64,000 bases of DNA from Octopus vulgaris (taxonomy: Eukaryota): NCBI GenBank assembly GCA_951406725.2, contig OX597816.1, positions 42,594,001-42,658,000 of the forward strand. The letters run 5' to 3'. The notes below the pieces were generated by a model. That model did not search any database. It saw only the letters and a list, made by a program, of their open reading frames with translations, and had not been told where the DNA came from. The position numbers and the translations under genes were made by a program. Positions 27,824 to 41,285 of the stretch are shown in pieces. The first letter of the stretch is position 1; each line of letters begins with the position of its first letter.

Positions 27824-29146
27824 GATTGTATATTGTAGGGAGTATAATGTTTGGAACGCTAATATCTGGAATGTGAAGCAAGCAGTGGGTCGCTTCATCT
27901 TAAAGATTGGTCAATATTGTGTTTTGTTGTTTTCTAGAACCATGAGATAATTTCATTGATTTAGAATTGACAATTTTATGACTTTATACATGATATAAAT
28001 GCGAGGAAGTGAGTAACAGTGTAGTCAGACGAGAAATATTCTTCTTAGAGTTTGCTTCTTCAAACTCAAACGTCTACAACGTTAGATTTTTCAATTGTCA
28101 CTGCATTAAAACTCACTGCACTCTCTATAAACTCACATACATTGAATAAGGTGGCTTACAGGCAGATATAACGAGCTAGCTTTTAAGTTCAAATGGATTA
28201 TAATTATGAAATATGCATGAAAGGAAAATAATAACCTATGGTCAAATACCTAGATAAATGAATGAGTACAGTATATTAGAAAAGGGCAGCTAATATATTT
28301 TCTAAACATACCTAACTTATAACTAGCACTAGTTTTTGAATATTAATTGTTACTAATTTCTTTTCAGAATGGAGTTCTTCACAACATTTACAGTTATTAC
28401 ACCACCATTATGATGGAATTAGGCGTCCGGTAGTCCATATATTATCTCATCTGAGGAGTGATAAAATTTTTAGTAGACCTATAGTTAAAATATAATGGCA
28501 TTCTTTTGATGAATAAATGGATATTATATATATTTTTTTGTTCCGTTTGTATCTTTCTGTTTTAGTGATCTGGTTTCATATAGCATGTCTTTTATACTTG
28601 CAAGTACAATAGAAATATTCTGGCCAACGTTATGTGGCCTTCTTTTGAACCACATTTATTGCATTGATGCAAGGACCTTAAATTGTATTGGTTTGGCTGT
28701 TGGTAGTTTATTTTTATCCCCTAAGTAAAAGAACGGATATGAAACAGTAGTTTTATTTCATGTTTATTTCTGCAAATTTCGCTCCGGTGATTTATACAGA
28801 TGAAAGAGGAAAACATGTTAGGAATAGTAAGAACATGTTTTTCGGTCTACTTGTAGGAGAGACGCTGAAATTTAGCTTCGAAATGAGATATATACAGTGA
28901 GCGAAGGAATAGAAATAGGAGGGGATTGTCAAATAATGACAGAATGATAAAAAGGATCGGACGAGAAGTAATGAAAAAATAAAACGGATTAAGATCTTGA
29001 AATCTTGAAAGAAAGGCAGAGCATGAAAGAGGAGTTTAGATAAGTAGAAACGAAAAATGGACATAAAATACTTACACACATACGCACACGCACACATATA
29101 TACAGAAAGAAAGATAGATAGATATGTATATATACATATATGTATA

Positions 29147-29193
<47 letters not shown>

Positions 29194-29230
29194 GCACACA
29201 TATACACATATATAAATATATATATATATA

Positions 29231-29480
29231 AAGGCAGGAGTGGCTGTGTGGTGAGTAGCTTGCTTACCAACCACATGGTCCTAGTTTCAGTCCCACTGCT
29301 TGGCGCCTTGGGCAAGTGTTTTCTGCTATAGCCTCAGGCCGACCAAATCCTTGTGAGTGGATTTGGTAGACGGAAACTGAAAGAAGCCCGTCGTAAATGT
29401 ATATATATATATATGTGTATGTGTGTGTGTGTGTGTGTGTGCGTGTGTGTGTGTGTGTGTGTGCTTGTGTCTGTGTACAA
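29231..29480 (+). mobile_element. Family-A SINE, 5' half
   Basis: High similarity to 27386-27620. Confidence 0.85.
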
Positions 29481-30010
29481 CTTCGCAATAAGTGGTAGCT
29501 AATGTAAGTGTGAATAACAGACGTTATTCGAAATCACTGAAGAATTTATTTATCTCACTTTAAGCAATAACAATTAAATTTGTCAATCCTTCAAACGGAC
29601 CGCTCCATTTAAATACGATATTATCAGACTACAATTATATCATAAATAGAAACATATTGGGAATGTGCATTAAAATTCAGTTTTAAAACTTCCCTAAGTT
29701 TCGTATCACATCCTTCGATATGATAAATGCGTCTGCAAAACAGCACTGCCAAATATAATATCTGAAATAGTGCCAATGTTTTAATCTTCCAGGAAGCATA
29801 TATTACACTAAACAGAGCTCATACATTTTCCACCTATCCAACTTCAAAATTCTTGTATGCAATTGATGTTTTGTGTATCTAAGATGACCATCTCATAATA
29901 TGTGCATGAAACAATTCAACTGCTATAACTACCATTTTCTAATTACTTTATAAGCCATTTTAAAAAAAACACATAAAAACCGTTAGATTCACTTCAAAAT
30001 CTAAATTTAA

Positions 30011-30061
30011 TTTGTCAAAATATTTTCGTCGATTTGAGACCGCGACCTGTTCACTGACAAA
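30011..30061 (-). ncRNA. Minimal type-I hammerhead-like motif with G3:C8 core
   Basis: Minus strand reads UUUGUCA-GUGAACA-g-GUCG(cggucucaaau)CGAC-GAAA-AUAU-U-U-UGACAAA: 7-bp stem I, 4-bp stem II, palindromic stem III (AAUAUU). Confidence 0.6.
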
Positions 30062-30864
30062 ATTCCGTGCTGCTCCCTCCGTAATTTCTAATTACTGTTT
30101 TACATAAAATTATAAACACAATGGATGCTGATTTTTCCATTTATATATATGTACTAAAATTCGATGATCACTAAGTGTATCTTTATTTATGATCCTTAGG
30201 AAAATACTGATTCTAATCAGACCGTTAGATAAGGAGACAAGCTCTAGGCCTACAAAATACATCCTCTACTTCTGCAACACTCCCTGGATAACAAACGAAG
30301 TGCTTGGCTAAATTTTTGAACCGTGTATCACAACTCCGTTTTGAATATATACCGTTTTATACCCAGTGTTCGAGACAATGGCAATGGTTGCATCAGAATG
30401 CTAAAATTCAAGAGTAAGAACATACATCCTATGATTTATAAAACTGATAAGTGTTACAATTACAGAGGAGGTGCACCACTAATTTATGTACTTCTCTAAT
30501 ATCACCTATTCTAAGTCAATACGTTATTCCTATAAATATCCTTCAAAACATTTACAATATGTGTTCTAAAATGAAAATCAAAATAATCTCAAAATAGTTA
30601 TGAATACCATACTCAGAAATATGCCGAAAACTACCGGAAATGTAACTAAAAATATTTTAGGAAAATAATTGTTTATTACAACGAAGGACTCAGAAATAGT
30701 TTTGCATAAACATAAGCATAAAATAATCTGGAAAAAATTCAAGCGTTTAGATTGAACCTATTAATTCTATGTTCGGAAAATTGCCCGGATATATGTTTAA
30801 AGTTAAAGCAGCATTACATTAAATATATTTACTCTAGGACAATGCACTTTTATCAAACGAAATA

Positions 30865-31080
30865 ATCACTTCTACTCTAGGTACAACACCTGAAATTTTG
30901 GGAAAGAGAGCTAGCTGATTAATTCGACATCAGTATGTAACTAATATTTTATAAACCGGGAAAGGATGGAACGCAAAGATGATCTCGGCCATAATATTTC
31001 CTCAGAAATAAAAAAAACGCTGAAATACCGCTACATTTTTTGTCTGGCTTGCTAACTCTTCCGCCAGCACGCCACTTTGC
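30865..31080 (-). mobile_element. Diverged family-B SINE
   Basis: AAAGGATGGAACGCAAAGATGATCTCGGC...GAAATACCGCTA...GCTAAC...CCGCCAGC, as in the minus copy at 7762-7995. Confidence 0.65.
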
Positions 31081-31509
31081 TATAGTAAATGCTATGCTGA
31101 TCACAAGAAAAAAGAATTGTTTACCTACTCATATCTAATCTTTAAAATCGTTTCATATTCCTCATAACATTATGTGACAAGGCATAATTTCTTTTGAAAA
31201 TTATTATCAGTCCTATGTCAAAAATTTTCGAGATTATATTACTCTTCCGTCAAAATTTAAGTTAATAAATAGGAAGAATATTACCATAAGCAACTGTGAA
31301 TTAATTATCTTTTAAGAAATTGAGCACTTACTCTTACTAGTACTAATTAATTTACTACGAGGTAATCAGACAAGAGGTAATTTATACAACGTTCTAGATT
31401 CAGTCGCACTGCGTATCACCTTGTGCAAGTGTCTTCTACTACAGCCCCGGATAAACAAAGCCGTCTGTGTGGATTTGGCAGTTGGGGACTGAAAAAACCC
31501 CAACGTAAA

Positions 31510-31568
<59 letters not shown>

Positions 31569-32735
31569 AGCAGGTTGAAATGTAACGCATAAGTTGATGT
31601 GTATAAGGAAAAAAAGGTGAAAAATGCTAGAATAATTTTATTATGAAATACATTATGTAACTGTTAATACCGGTTGAAGTCGTTTTGATTTTTTTCGACT
31701 AACTGTAAAACAAAAGTGTATATTAATTAAACGAAAAAACAAATAAATTAAAGGAAAAATGGAATGAAATGTTTTGTAAGAATTTCCATAGTCTTCAAAT
31801 AAGTAAGACATTTTCCTTTTTTCTAGTTATCTCTTTCCCTTTGTTAATGTTCGGTAGGTAGTAGCATATCTGAAGAAATAGTGTTCGTGAGCGCAGAGCA
31901 ATATTTGGCTCTGATGTTTCATCATTTAAACAGCAGCAGCCGAAGAAGGAGAAGGCGAAGGAGGAGGAAGAGGAGAACAAATTTAATGAAATGGTTTGTA
32001 AATATTTACATATTCTTCAAATAGGTCTATTTTTTTCTTTTTTCAGGTTTTTCTCTTTTCCTTTGTGAAGGCTTGGTAGGTAGTAGCAAAAATGAAAAAA
32101 AAAATAGTCTTTATGGGTGCAGAGAAATATTTGGTTCTGAAGGAAGATGGTTGAAGCAGAAGCAGCAGCCGTGGAAGGAGATGGCGAAGAGGGTGGAGGC
32201 GGAGGAGAAGAAAAAGAAGCAGAAGAAGAAGGAGAATTAGAGGAGAGTGGTATCGTTCAGTAGTAGAGGCTGTCCATGAAGCTACTGGAATGGTCATGTG
32301 ACATAAAAGTGATTTGTAGTTGTAGCATTACTGGTAGGAACTGTTCTAAAAAATTCGTGGGTAGCGACTGTTCTTAATACAGGTATCGTTTTTAATATTT
32401 CCGTGGGTATTATTCTAATATCCTTGAAGTACTGCCATCTGTGGTAGAAGCATTCAGAAGAGGTTACTACTTTGTAATTAAATATGATTCTTTGCTAATG
32501 CGCTGCTTACATGTTGTATTGTCCCTAAGTTTATAGAAGAGAAAAATTCCCAAGTTGGGTTGTTCATTAGTTGCGCAAATGTCGATGTTTTCAATCAATC
32601 AATATATATGTATAAGATTAATCAGCCGAAATTGCGAAGATGATCTGGTTCTTGACTGAAGATTGAAGGCTTCGAATGTCCCGTCCGTGTTTTTTGTATC
32701 GTCTTCTAAATGTTTTACGTTCTTGTCCCTGTTTG

Positions 32736-32827
<92 letters not shown>

Positions 32828-32952
32828 TACATACATATATATAGATACACACGTGTGTGTGTGTGTGCGTGTGTGTGTATGTATATATATATATATACAT
32901 ATACATATAAATGTATATAGAATATACATACGTATACTATGTATATATCCAT

Positions 32953-32994
<42 letters not shown>

Positions 32995-33109
32995 CGAAAG
33001 TCTTTATTACAGAATTTTAAGTTGAAAAAATTATCAGGAAAAGACATTTCTACTTTTTTCTCCTGTGTTTTTGGGGGTTTTGTTTTTTGTTGTTTTTGCT
33101 TAATCTACA

Positions 33110-33813
33110 CTAAAGATAACCTGTCATGCCTGCTATACCACTTGCATCGTGGTTCCTCTGTTCGTTGCAGTATCACTCATATGAATGCAGCTCAGGATTA
33201 TGTTCAAATCACTTCCTGATCTGTTCCTCGGGGAATTTCTCCAGTAGTTTCATTTCGAAACTCGCAGGACTCTCAGATTCCTTCACACGTCTTTTGCATG
33301 AAACAAGTTGAGTCACGAGATATTGGCCACTCTAGTTTGCCATCTGGCCCTGGTTCTACTCCAACCGATAATCTGTGCTGATAGAGCCAAAACAGGGCCT
33401 CTGAGCTGTGTCAGACACTTTGGTTTTCTTGTCCGGCCCTTTGCATTTCGATTTGCATTGATGATTCTTCACGCCACGTTCGCTTCTACATACTCTCCAG
33501 CAGCTCTTGCAGCACCATTACGTTTCCGCCTTTTCGTTTTGTGAGACCGATTCCGTATCCATTTTTATATTCCGGAAATTATTCGCCGAGTCGTCCTCTG
33601 TGCGTTTCATATTGTTTGGCAACTTATCATCCACCCACCCATCGGGTTTCCTAGGCGTATTCTTCCTTATTCATATTACCAGCGTACTTAGCCGGTGCAG
33701 AGATATGAGGTACTAGCCCAAACATTATTGCAGACAGTCTTTCCGATTTATCGTCCACTTATCCGTGGAATTCAGTCAAGTACCACTTCCGGGTCTTTCC
33801 CCCATGGTCTCAC
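33110..33813 (-). mobile_element. 5' end of an RLE-type (HERO/NeSL-like) non-LTR retrotransposon
   Basis: Minus translation KSCWRVCRSERGVKNHQCKSKC (~33440-33520) resembles the N-terminal CxCGKVCKNxRGLKIHQxxxKC zinc finger of HERO-type elements. GC-richer than its flanks; contains stops. Confidence 0.5.
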
Positions 33814-34070
33814 AAATACACAGGCTCACACAAGCACAGATACATACATACATACATACATACATACATGTTTGTTTGCTTAGGTATAGTTATGTGATGT
33901 ACACAAAATTAATTTTCTGGGTTGGATATCGTTCAGCATATTTATAAATACAGGTTGTATTCGGCTAGATATTTTTTGTTTCTTCTTAACCTCTATCTAA
34001 CAGATAACTTCAAGGAAATATACCAAGAAATACATGAATACATTACACACACATGCATATATATATATAT

Positions 34071-34151
<81 letters not shown>

Positions 34152-34347
34152 TACATTTAAACACATTAAGAGGTTTTCATCAAAGGAATCCTTTACGCTA
34201 GAAAGAACCTCTAACGTCCAAACCACTAATTAGGGATAAATGCACACAGTATTTTATATGAATAATATAAAGTCTCTTGACTAATTTTTATATACGCTAG
34301 GCCACACGTAGGAAAAATTTCTAAAATATTTATTACCCCGATAATTC

Positions 34348-34379
<32 letters not shown>

Positions 34380-34392
34380 TCACACACACACG

Positions 34393-34437
<45 letters not shown>

Positions 34438-34459
34438 GCACACATATATATATATATAT

Positions 34460-34790
34460 CTTCTTTCAGACATTAATGTGGAGGCCGTGCTGGGGCACCG
34501 CCTTGAAAAATTTTTAATCAAAATTTATCAACCTCAGTACTTAATTTTAAAAGCATGGTACTTTTTCTATCGTTCTCTTTTGGCGAAACGACAGTGTAAG
34601 GGGACGTAAACTCTCCAACATCGATTCCTAAGTCGTGCTCGGGTAGAGAAACACAAATACAAAGGTACACACACTCACAGACACACAAACACACACACAT
34701 TCACGCAAGCATATACGACAGGCATATTTCAGTTTTCTCTCACAAAACACATTCAACACCGAACCAAGTGGTTGAAGCAAGCTTCTTATT
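34460..34790 (-). mobile_element. Diverged family-A SINE
   Basis: GGCCGTGCTGGGGCACCGCC tail and TTTTGGCGAAACG...GGGGACGTAAAC body. Confidence 0.65.
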
Positions 34791-34997
34791 TCAAAGCCAC
34801 GTTTGCGAACATGCATACACACACATATACACACACACACAAACACACACATACACATATATGCATACTTTTATTCTGTTTAGGTTATTTCTACAGACAT
34901 TCTCTAGAACGTATAATCAGGACTGACTTTTGCTACAACGTTTCGTATCAAGACGTCAGATGTAAACACAATGTGAGGGAAAACAGAAGTGGGTAAT

Positions 34998-35045
34998 GTG
35001 TGTATATGCCATATTTTGGGGGTTCTTGCCCCTTTTTCAGCACTC
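34998..35045 (-). ncRNA. Decayed minimal type-I hammerhead-like motif
   Basis: Minus strand reads GAGUG-CUGAAAA-AGGGG(caagaa)CCCCC-AAAA-UAUG(g)CAUA-UA-CACAC. All three stems are present, but G8, G10.1 and G12 read as A. Confidence 0.45.
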
Positions 35046-35570
35046 ATCTAACCAACTAATGCCACCGAACAAATCGCTTAGATAGCCTCTGCATACAACA
35101 AGGTTAAGTTATTGGATATACCAATTTACATATTAGACACCTTCCTGCTGCTGTTATGTAAACATTAAAGATGTGTAGGCGCGCGGTACATTGTTATGCA
35201 AACAACTTTAGAAAATCTTTAGAAATAACCTTAACAAATTAATATGACCGCACTGCTGACGCAATAGAATGTGGTAGTCACTTAAGTCTATGGCATTTAC
35301 ATAACGAAGTGCCACGTACGTAGAAATCTTTAATAATACATACATTGCTACGTGCATACATTCATTCATATACACATATAAACATGCATACACATATATA
35401 CATACATACATACATAAATACATACATACATATGTATATGCATATCTAAATACACATTTATATAAATGTATATATGCTTTTATATCTATGGATACATGTT
35501 CGTATATATTCGTATACGTAAACATACATAAAGATATAAACACATACATATATGCATATATATATATATA

Positions 35571-35624
<54 letters not shown>

Positions 35625-36899
35625 TACATACGCGCATACACATATGCCTATTCATTCTTTACATTTTATTTATGGGCAGCCCAAAATTATATTCCATTGT
35701 CATGTCCATCATTTTCTTCTCCCTTATTCGATGTATTTTATTATTTCTTGAATAAATCAGAGTACAGATAGATGTTTATTGCTTGGAAAAATACTTTTTT
35801 TTTTTTATAAACGTTTAACAGTTTTCCAATTCTTATTTGTATATTTCCTCCGAATGAGAGAGGAAGTGAAGAGAGACTTTGGAAAAGAAGCAACTTCTAT
35901 CGTCTCGCAATATGGAGAGGAGGCCGACGAATGTATATCATGTATTATCTGCTTCACATAAAATTTCTCTTCCTTTAAGCCATTTATATTTGATATACCA
36001 AATGATTTCGCAATAGTATTATTATTACTGCTATAATTGATTATTTATTGAGACTGTTGTGGCAATTACTTCCTCGGCAGCCGTAAATATGCTTTTCCAG
36101 TATTTCATGCGAATGTCGTTCAACACTTTCTATGAGGGGAAGCCGAACATTTCCAGGCATTTAATTTCATATCGTGAAATACCTGGTCGGAGGCCCAAAC
36201 TTCGTAGTTACTTCACAGGACTTGAAAAAAAAAACTGCAGGACCGCTGCATTGAATGTGTGAATATAAATGGGGAATACATGGGAAAAAAAATCATAATT
36301 AACTGATCCTTTTCTATTTTCTTTTATTCAAATCTAGGAACTTTTCAGCAACACTTCGTACATGGTTACATGAGCCTCTGGAATCAACAGTGAAATCTCC
36401 TGAAAATACCCGTCTTTCTTTTAGAATAGAAAACATTTTAATTCATACATCCTTTATATTAGGGATCATCATAGCAGGTAATGACGTTTTTATAGGCCTG
36501 CTGTTGCGTGAGTGTCTGCATGCTAAATGATGGAAACTAAACGTGGTTCGATATGTATGATTGCCGTCCAACCGTGTATATTAGCAGCTCAAAGATATAT
36601 ATCATTTAACAGTAACTGTTGCCAAAACAGGGTATACTTACATGGTTACTCAGTCTAGTAGAAATAGAAGTCAAAAACTGCAGAAATATTGAAAAAAGTT
36701 TCAGAAAGTTTAAACAAGGTAAGGCGGCCGTGGAAAATCACGGGAAGTTAACAGTCGGTAAATGTTCTATTTTAGTTGACCTGGAGATGAAGCTACAAAG
36801 GAGGCTTATCCTTCCGACAAATTTCCTTATGGAGTCTCCTAACTACAACATCATATTTCATCGTTGGGTAAAATTGCGATGACTTTTTCGGAGAACCGG

Positions 36900-38150
36900 T
36901 TATGATATGGGTGATATCTTCGGTGTTAACTCCACAAAGTCTTCATCGGTTGTAACAGTTTACTGCTTTCCCACATCTTTATCTTTATGTGCATCAGGTA
37001 TTTGGTTGATATTTTCTGTTCCTGTATTGCAAACACATTCTTTTCCAAGTGGGAGGTAGTAACCCGGCTATTTTTGCTTGATAAAATGCTTTGATGATCA
37101 AAATTACGATAATCTCGGAGCTTTCTACTAACACATCATGCATATTTTGATGTCCACATATAATCATCTTTTCAGATGATGATACCTAGTGGCGAGTCGT
37201 GCGGTTTCTTGGGGCATGTATTTAGACAAGGAATGCTTCTCAAGGAGCTGCTTTCCAAGTATTATGATGTTATCAGCCTCGTGTATACAAGCTTGGTCAA
37301 TGGATGCACTTCGACACTTGGTGGTTAAAAGCTGTTTACCGAAGAGATATGATACAATATTCAAAGGCATTTTGGATTGATGTTAAGCGTTTGATGCCTT
37401 GTTTTCGTTATAAGTAGAGGCCGTCTACGTCACTGTTTATGTGACAATTATGTGTGCTTGTTACTATTGTTCGGGTTTTCACAGCAATTGCTCGGATCTC
37501 ATCTGGTGTCCAATCAAGCAGCCCAAATATCTGTACAATTACTGGCACTTGAATGCAGAGAGTTCTCAGGTCCAAATTTTCTTTATTCGGCTGTCATATT
37601 CTTTAGTGGCACGAGTTACAGGTGCTATTATAAGATATGTTTCCATTCACCCCTAGCTACCTGTAACATTCCTCGTCAGGTATAGGGAAAGCAGGCAGGT
37701 CATTGATGGAGATGTTGCTAGCCTGGTTTACAATTTTCGCCCTTTTCACAACCATATAACAACATTTATCCTGACCAAACTCCAACCCTACTTCCTTTGA
37801 GAATATTGTAATTAGGGCAAGACTCTTTTTTCATCTCGTGCATATTCTCTGCAAAATATTTCATGTCATCCACTAAAAAAACAATAAGTTTGGTATTTCT
37901 GTTTCCTTGTGATCTAGTGAAATATCCTTCAGACATCCTTAACATGAATGACAAAGTTATAGAAAATATAAACAACATAACAGAGAGGCTGCCCTGTGAA
38001 ATATGCTTTTGTGATATTGTATTCTATCATGATACAGTTACTCTTTGTGTTTAATTTCAAGATGGTGGCCCACGATGAAGTCAAGTCAGCTATGGCTTTG
38101 ACTATGTTCACTATAACTTTAGCAGGCTGAAGGGATTCTAGCATCCATGT
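36900..38150 (-). pseudogene. Degraded R4/Dong-like reverse transcriptase
   Basis: Minus frames give FLVDDMKYFAE (RT YxDD-equivalent), FSKEVGLEFGQDKC, EYDSRIKKIW and FGLLDWTPDEI, the R4/Dong RT motifs in the expected order. Confidence 0.75.
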
Positions 38151-38569
38151 ATATATGTATGTATGATAAAAAGGACTATCAATGGTTCCTCCCGAACTAT
38201 AGCCTTTTACTATAACTTTATAATGCCCATGTCTTGGATACTATAGCTTGTATATTCTCACTTACATGGACCGCTGGTCAACTGCAGAATTGTTTAAATT
38301 TACCCGCATAGTTAAATCAAGAATATAACGGTGTACACGGTCCAGGTATTGAAGCTCTAATGTTACAATCATGAGTAAAACAAACCTATCCGCAAGCCAC
38401 GCGTCTCGACATGTTTATATGTATGTGTTTGTGTGTAGGCGTATATAAGTGGGTGTGTGTTTGTGTGAGTCCGTGTATGACCCTGTGCTCGGGTGTGCGC
38501 GCGTGTGTTTTTGTCGAGACATATTGGAAATATATACGTACATACGTTTACACAGGTGTAAGCAAATAC

Positions 38570-38819
38570 ATTCATATGTCCTGGACCATCACACTGTGCT
38601 TTCACGTTGCTCCAGTCCTCTCAGTTGGCAAAAGTGAGTAGTATCTGTATATCAAATGACCAGCCTTGTTATATAGTCTGTGTCATGCAGTATCTCCTTG
38701 TGAAACACGTTAATGGTGCACATGTCTGTGGAGAGGTTAGCCACATTCGCGTTAATTTCACGAGCAAGCTGTTGATCGTATCACCTGGGATCCTTGTCAT
38801 CTTAACCGACAGAGTGCTC

Positions 38820-38820
<1 letters not shown>
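38570..38820 (+). mobile_element. Diverged SINE-like repeat (further family)
   Basis: GCTCCAGTCCTCTCAGTTGGCAAAAGTGAGTA central block of the type seen in invertebrate SINE domains; ends in (TA)n. Confidence 0.4.
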
Positions 38821-38851
<31 letters not shown>

Positions 38852-38856
<5 letters not shown>

Positions 38857-38960
38857 ATAATAAGGGTATTGCTTAAACCACATGCCTAAAATATTATAAA
38901 TAGCAGCCAAAGGGCTACTATTTCCTTTTACTACAAAAATAAGTCTCCTTATTATTATAA
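38852..38960. repeat. ~110-bp palindromic element
   Basis: Ends TTATAATAATAAGG / CCTTATTATTATAA with inner AATAGCAGCC / GGCTACTATT. Confidence 0.65.
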
Positions 38961-39752
38961 CTATATATATTTTTACCGAATATGGTCCTTTCCATACCGA
39001 AATACTATTAGGTGAAATTTGTTGATTTTATTAAATTAATTATATTTCAGCCTATATCTGTATATATATATATATAATTTATATTCACAAATCTGTATAT
39101 GTATATACATGTATATGTATGAAACAGGTCAGCTCAACCCAAATTCTTTATAAACTACATATATCTCTTTCTGTATATATATATATATATTTATATACAA
39201 CTAAAATATGACCTTTTTGAACTTATAATTTTCTGTGTACATATATAGATACTTCCAAACAAACATGATTTCTATTGAAATCCTAATAGGTTTTATGAAC
39301 TTGTTAATAATTTCTCAAAACATTTTTTTCTGTAAACTGTTTTTAACCTTTTTTTTTATTATTATCAAAGAATATATATATGTATTGTAATTTTTTGTGC
39401 CCAATATTTTAATGAACTCTTTTTTTTATTTTCCCAAGATTTTTCCTTGTAAACTGTTTTTAACATGTTCTTATTTTATTATCAAAGAATGCATATATGT
39501 ATTGTAATATTTTGTGACAACCAGTACCTAACACAACAAAGCTGTTGCATGTTACTTTTGACAATGTTTGACTCTTCTAAAAGAGGGAAAACGGTCAAGT
39601 GAATAAACATCTCTTAAAATTGCATTTTCAAACCTTCGTTCATAAATAATTCCACTCGTGCGGTACCTTGCAACTTCACATTGTAATATATGTATATATA
39701 TATATACATATATTACAATGTAATATATAATGTATATATATATATATATATA

Positions 39753-40042
39753 TGCGGAGACGCAATGGCCCAGTGGTTAGGGCAGCGGACTCGCGGTTTC
39801 GATTCCCAGACCGGGCGTTGAGAGTGTTTATTGAGCAAAAACACCTAAATCTCCAAGAGGCTCCGGCAGGGGGTGGTGACGATCCCTGCTGTACTCTTTC
39901 GCCACAACTTTCTCTCACTCTTTCTTCTGTTGGCCATCTCGCTTAGCCAGAGGGGTGGCGTCATCTAAAGGCTAAAATAATGCGAAGCGCATTGTGACCG
40001 GCGATGTGTAGCAACATCTGATGACCTGGTCGATCACGGTGA
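39753..40042 (+). mobile_element. tRNA-derived SINE (family C) inserted in (TA)n
   Basis: A-box-like TGGCCCAGTGGTTAG, B-box-like GTTTCGATTCC, tail GGTCGATCACGGTGA(TA)n. The 3' part is repeated at 54622-54752. Confidence 0.8.
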
Positions 40043-40075
40043 TATATATACATACATACCTACATACACACACAA

Positions 40076-40135
<60 letters not shown>

Positions 40136-40169
40136 GTATATATATATATATATAGATATATATATATAC

Positions 40170-40245
<76 letters not shown>

Positions 40246-40364
40246 GAAGCATACATACACACACACTCACACACATATATATACGTAAATAATATGTTTT
40301 ATATATGTACATATATATATTTATATACACACACAAACAAATATATATATATATATGTATATAT

Positions 40365-40945
40365 AACTTAGAATAACTTAGAAAGGTTTTGGCCAGTATT
40401 GGCCCAGACCATGTCTAACTTAATAGCACCACCTGGTGAAGTCTTTCAGTTCAGGATTTGGGCACCAAGGCCCATTCGAGCAGAGAGTTATTGTTTGCGG
40501 AGACATATCCGGGTGTGGGTGGTTTGTCCGGTACTGTTTGAAGGAATTTGTCCAAAGACTTCTTGAATTTTGTGTGGTCAGTTTCTTTTTTGACGTGCCC
40601 TGGTGTAATGTTGAAGAGAGCAGGTCCAATTGAGGTGAAATAGTTGTGCCGTTTTGTCGTTATGTGATGCGATTTAGATTTTTGTTGTGGACGGATGGCA
40701 CGTGGTCCAAGCCTTGGATGCATTTTGAAGGTGATGCCAACATCATTCGGACAGTGCTGGTGGAATATTTTCCACATCATACAGATAATGTAGCGTTCAC
40801 GGCGTTGTTGGAGTGAATACAATTTCAGCTTCTCTAGTCTACCCCAGTAGTCAAGGTCTGACATGCCATCTATCTTTTTTGTGATTGACCTTTGGGGAGC
40901 TTCAATTCTCATAATATTTTGTTTTGTGTAGGGAGACCACAGTAG
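40365..40945 (-). mobile_element. 3' fragment of a CR1-group LINE (second subfamily)
   Basis: ORF 40451-40912 (EAPQRSITKKI...RLEKLKLYSLQQRRERY...FKKSLDKFLQTVPDKP) is the CR1 ORF2 C-terminus. The tail has a TTCTAAGTTA repeat. Confidence 0.9.
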
Positions 40946-40954
40946 ACATATATA

Positions 40955-41003
<49 letters not shown>

Positions 41004-41220
41004 GTATATGTATTTATATGCTATTCGCGTTGCTGAAGAAACTGTTTTCTTTTCCAATTACGAATAAAATACAAGGATATAAAAAAAGCAATATCTGAAA
41101 TTAATTTGTTCCGTTAACTGCATTTTGCTCTTCTTGTATATTTATTTTCCTGTACATGCACGTATAGGTTTATCTCCATACATATGTGTATATACATACA
41201 TGTATATATATGTATATATA

Positions 41221-41285
<65 letters not shown>

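Noticed and set aside
28510-28740. Hydrophobic frames with TTFIALMQG as a GPCR Stachel or TM7 segment
   Set aside because: It is a short match in T-rich sequence with stops on both sides and cannot be told from chance by eye.
32620-32700. CTGAAGA..GAAGGCTTC-GAAT in a short repeat-like segment
   Set aside because: It lacks GAAA, stem III and a stem I partner in the required order.
38971-39017. Hammerhead-like stems (TTTTACC/GGTGAAA, TATGG/CCATA, GAAA)
   Set aside because: The CUGANGA strand is essentially missing, so it is too decayed to call.
39552-39603. ACTT-TTGACAA...GAAA-ACGG-TC-AAGT as a U3:A8 hammerhead
   Set aside because: The base of stem II does not pair, and the pattern is equally explained by a simple imperfect palindrome.
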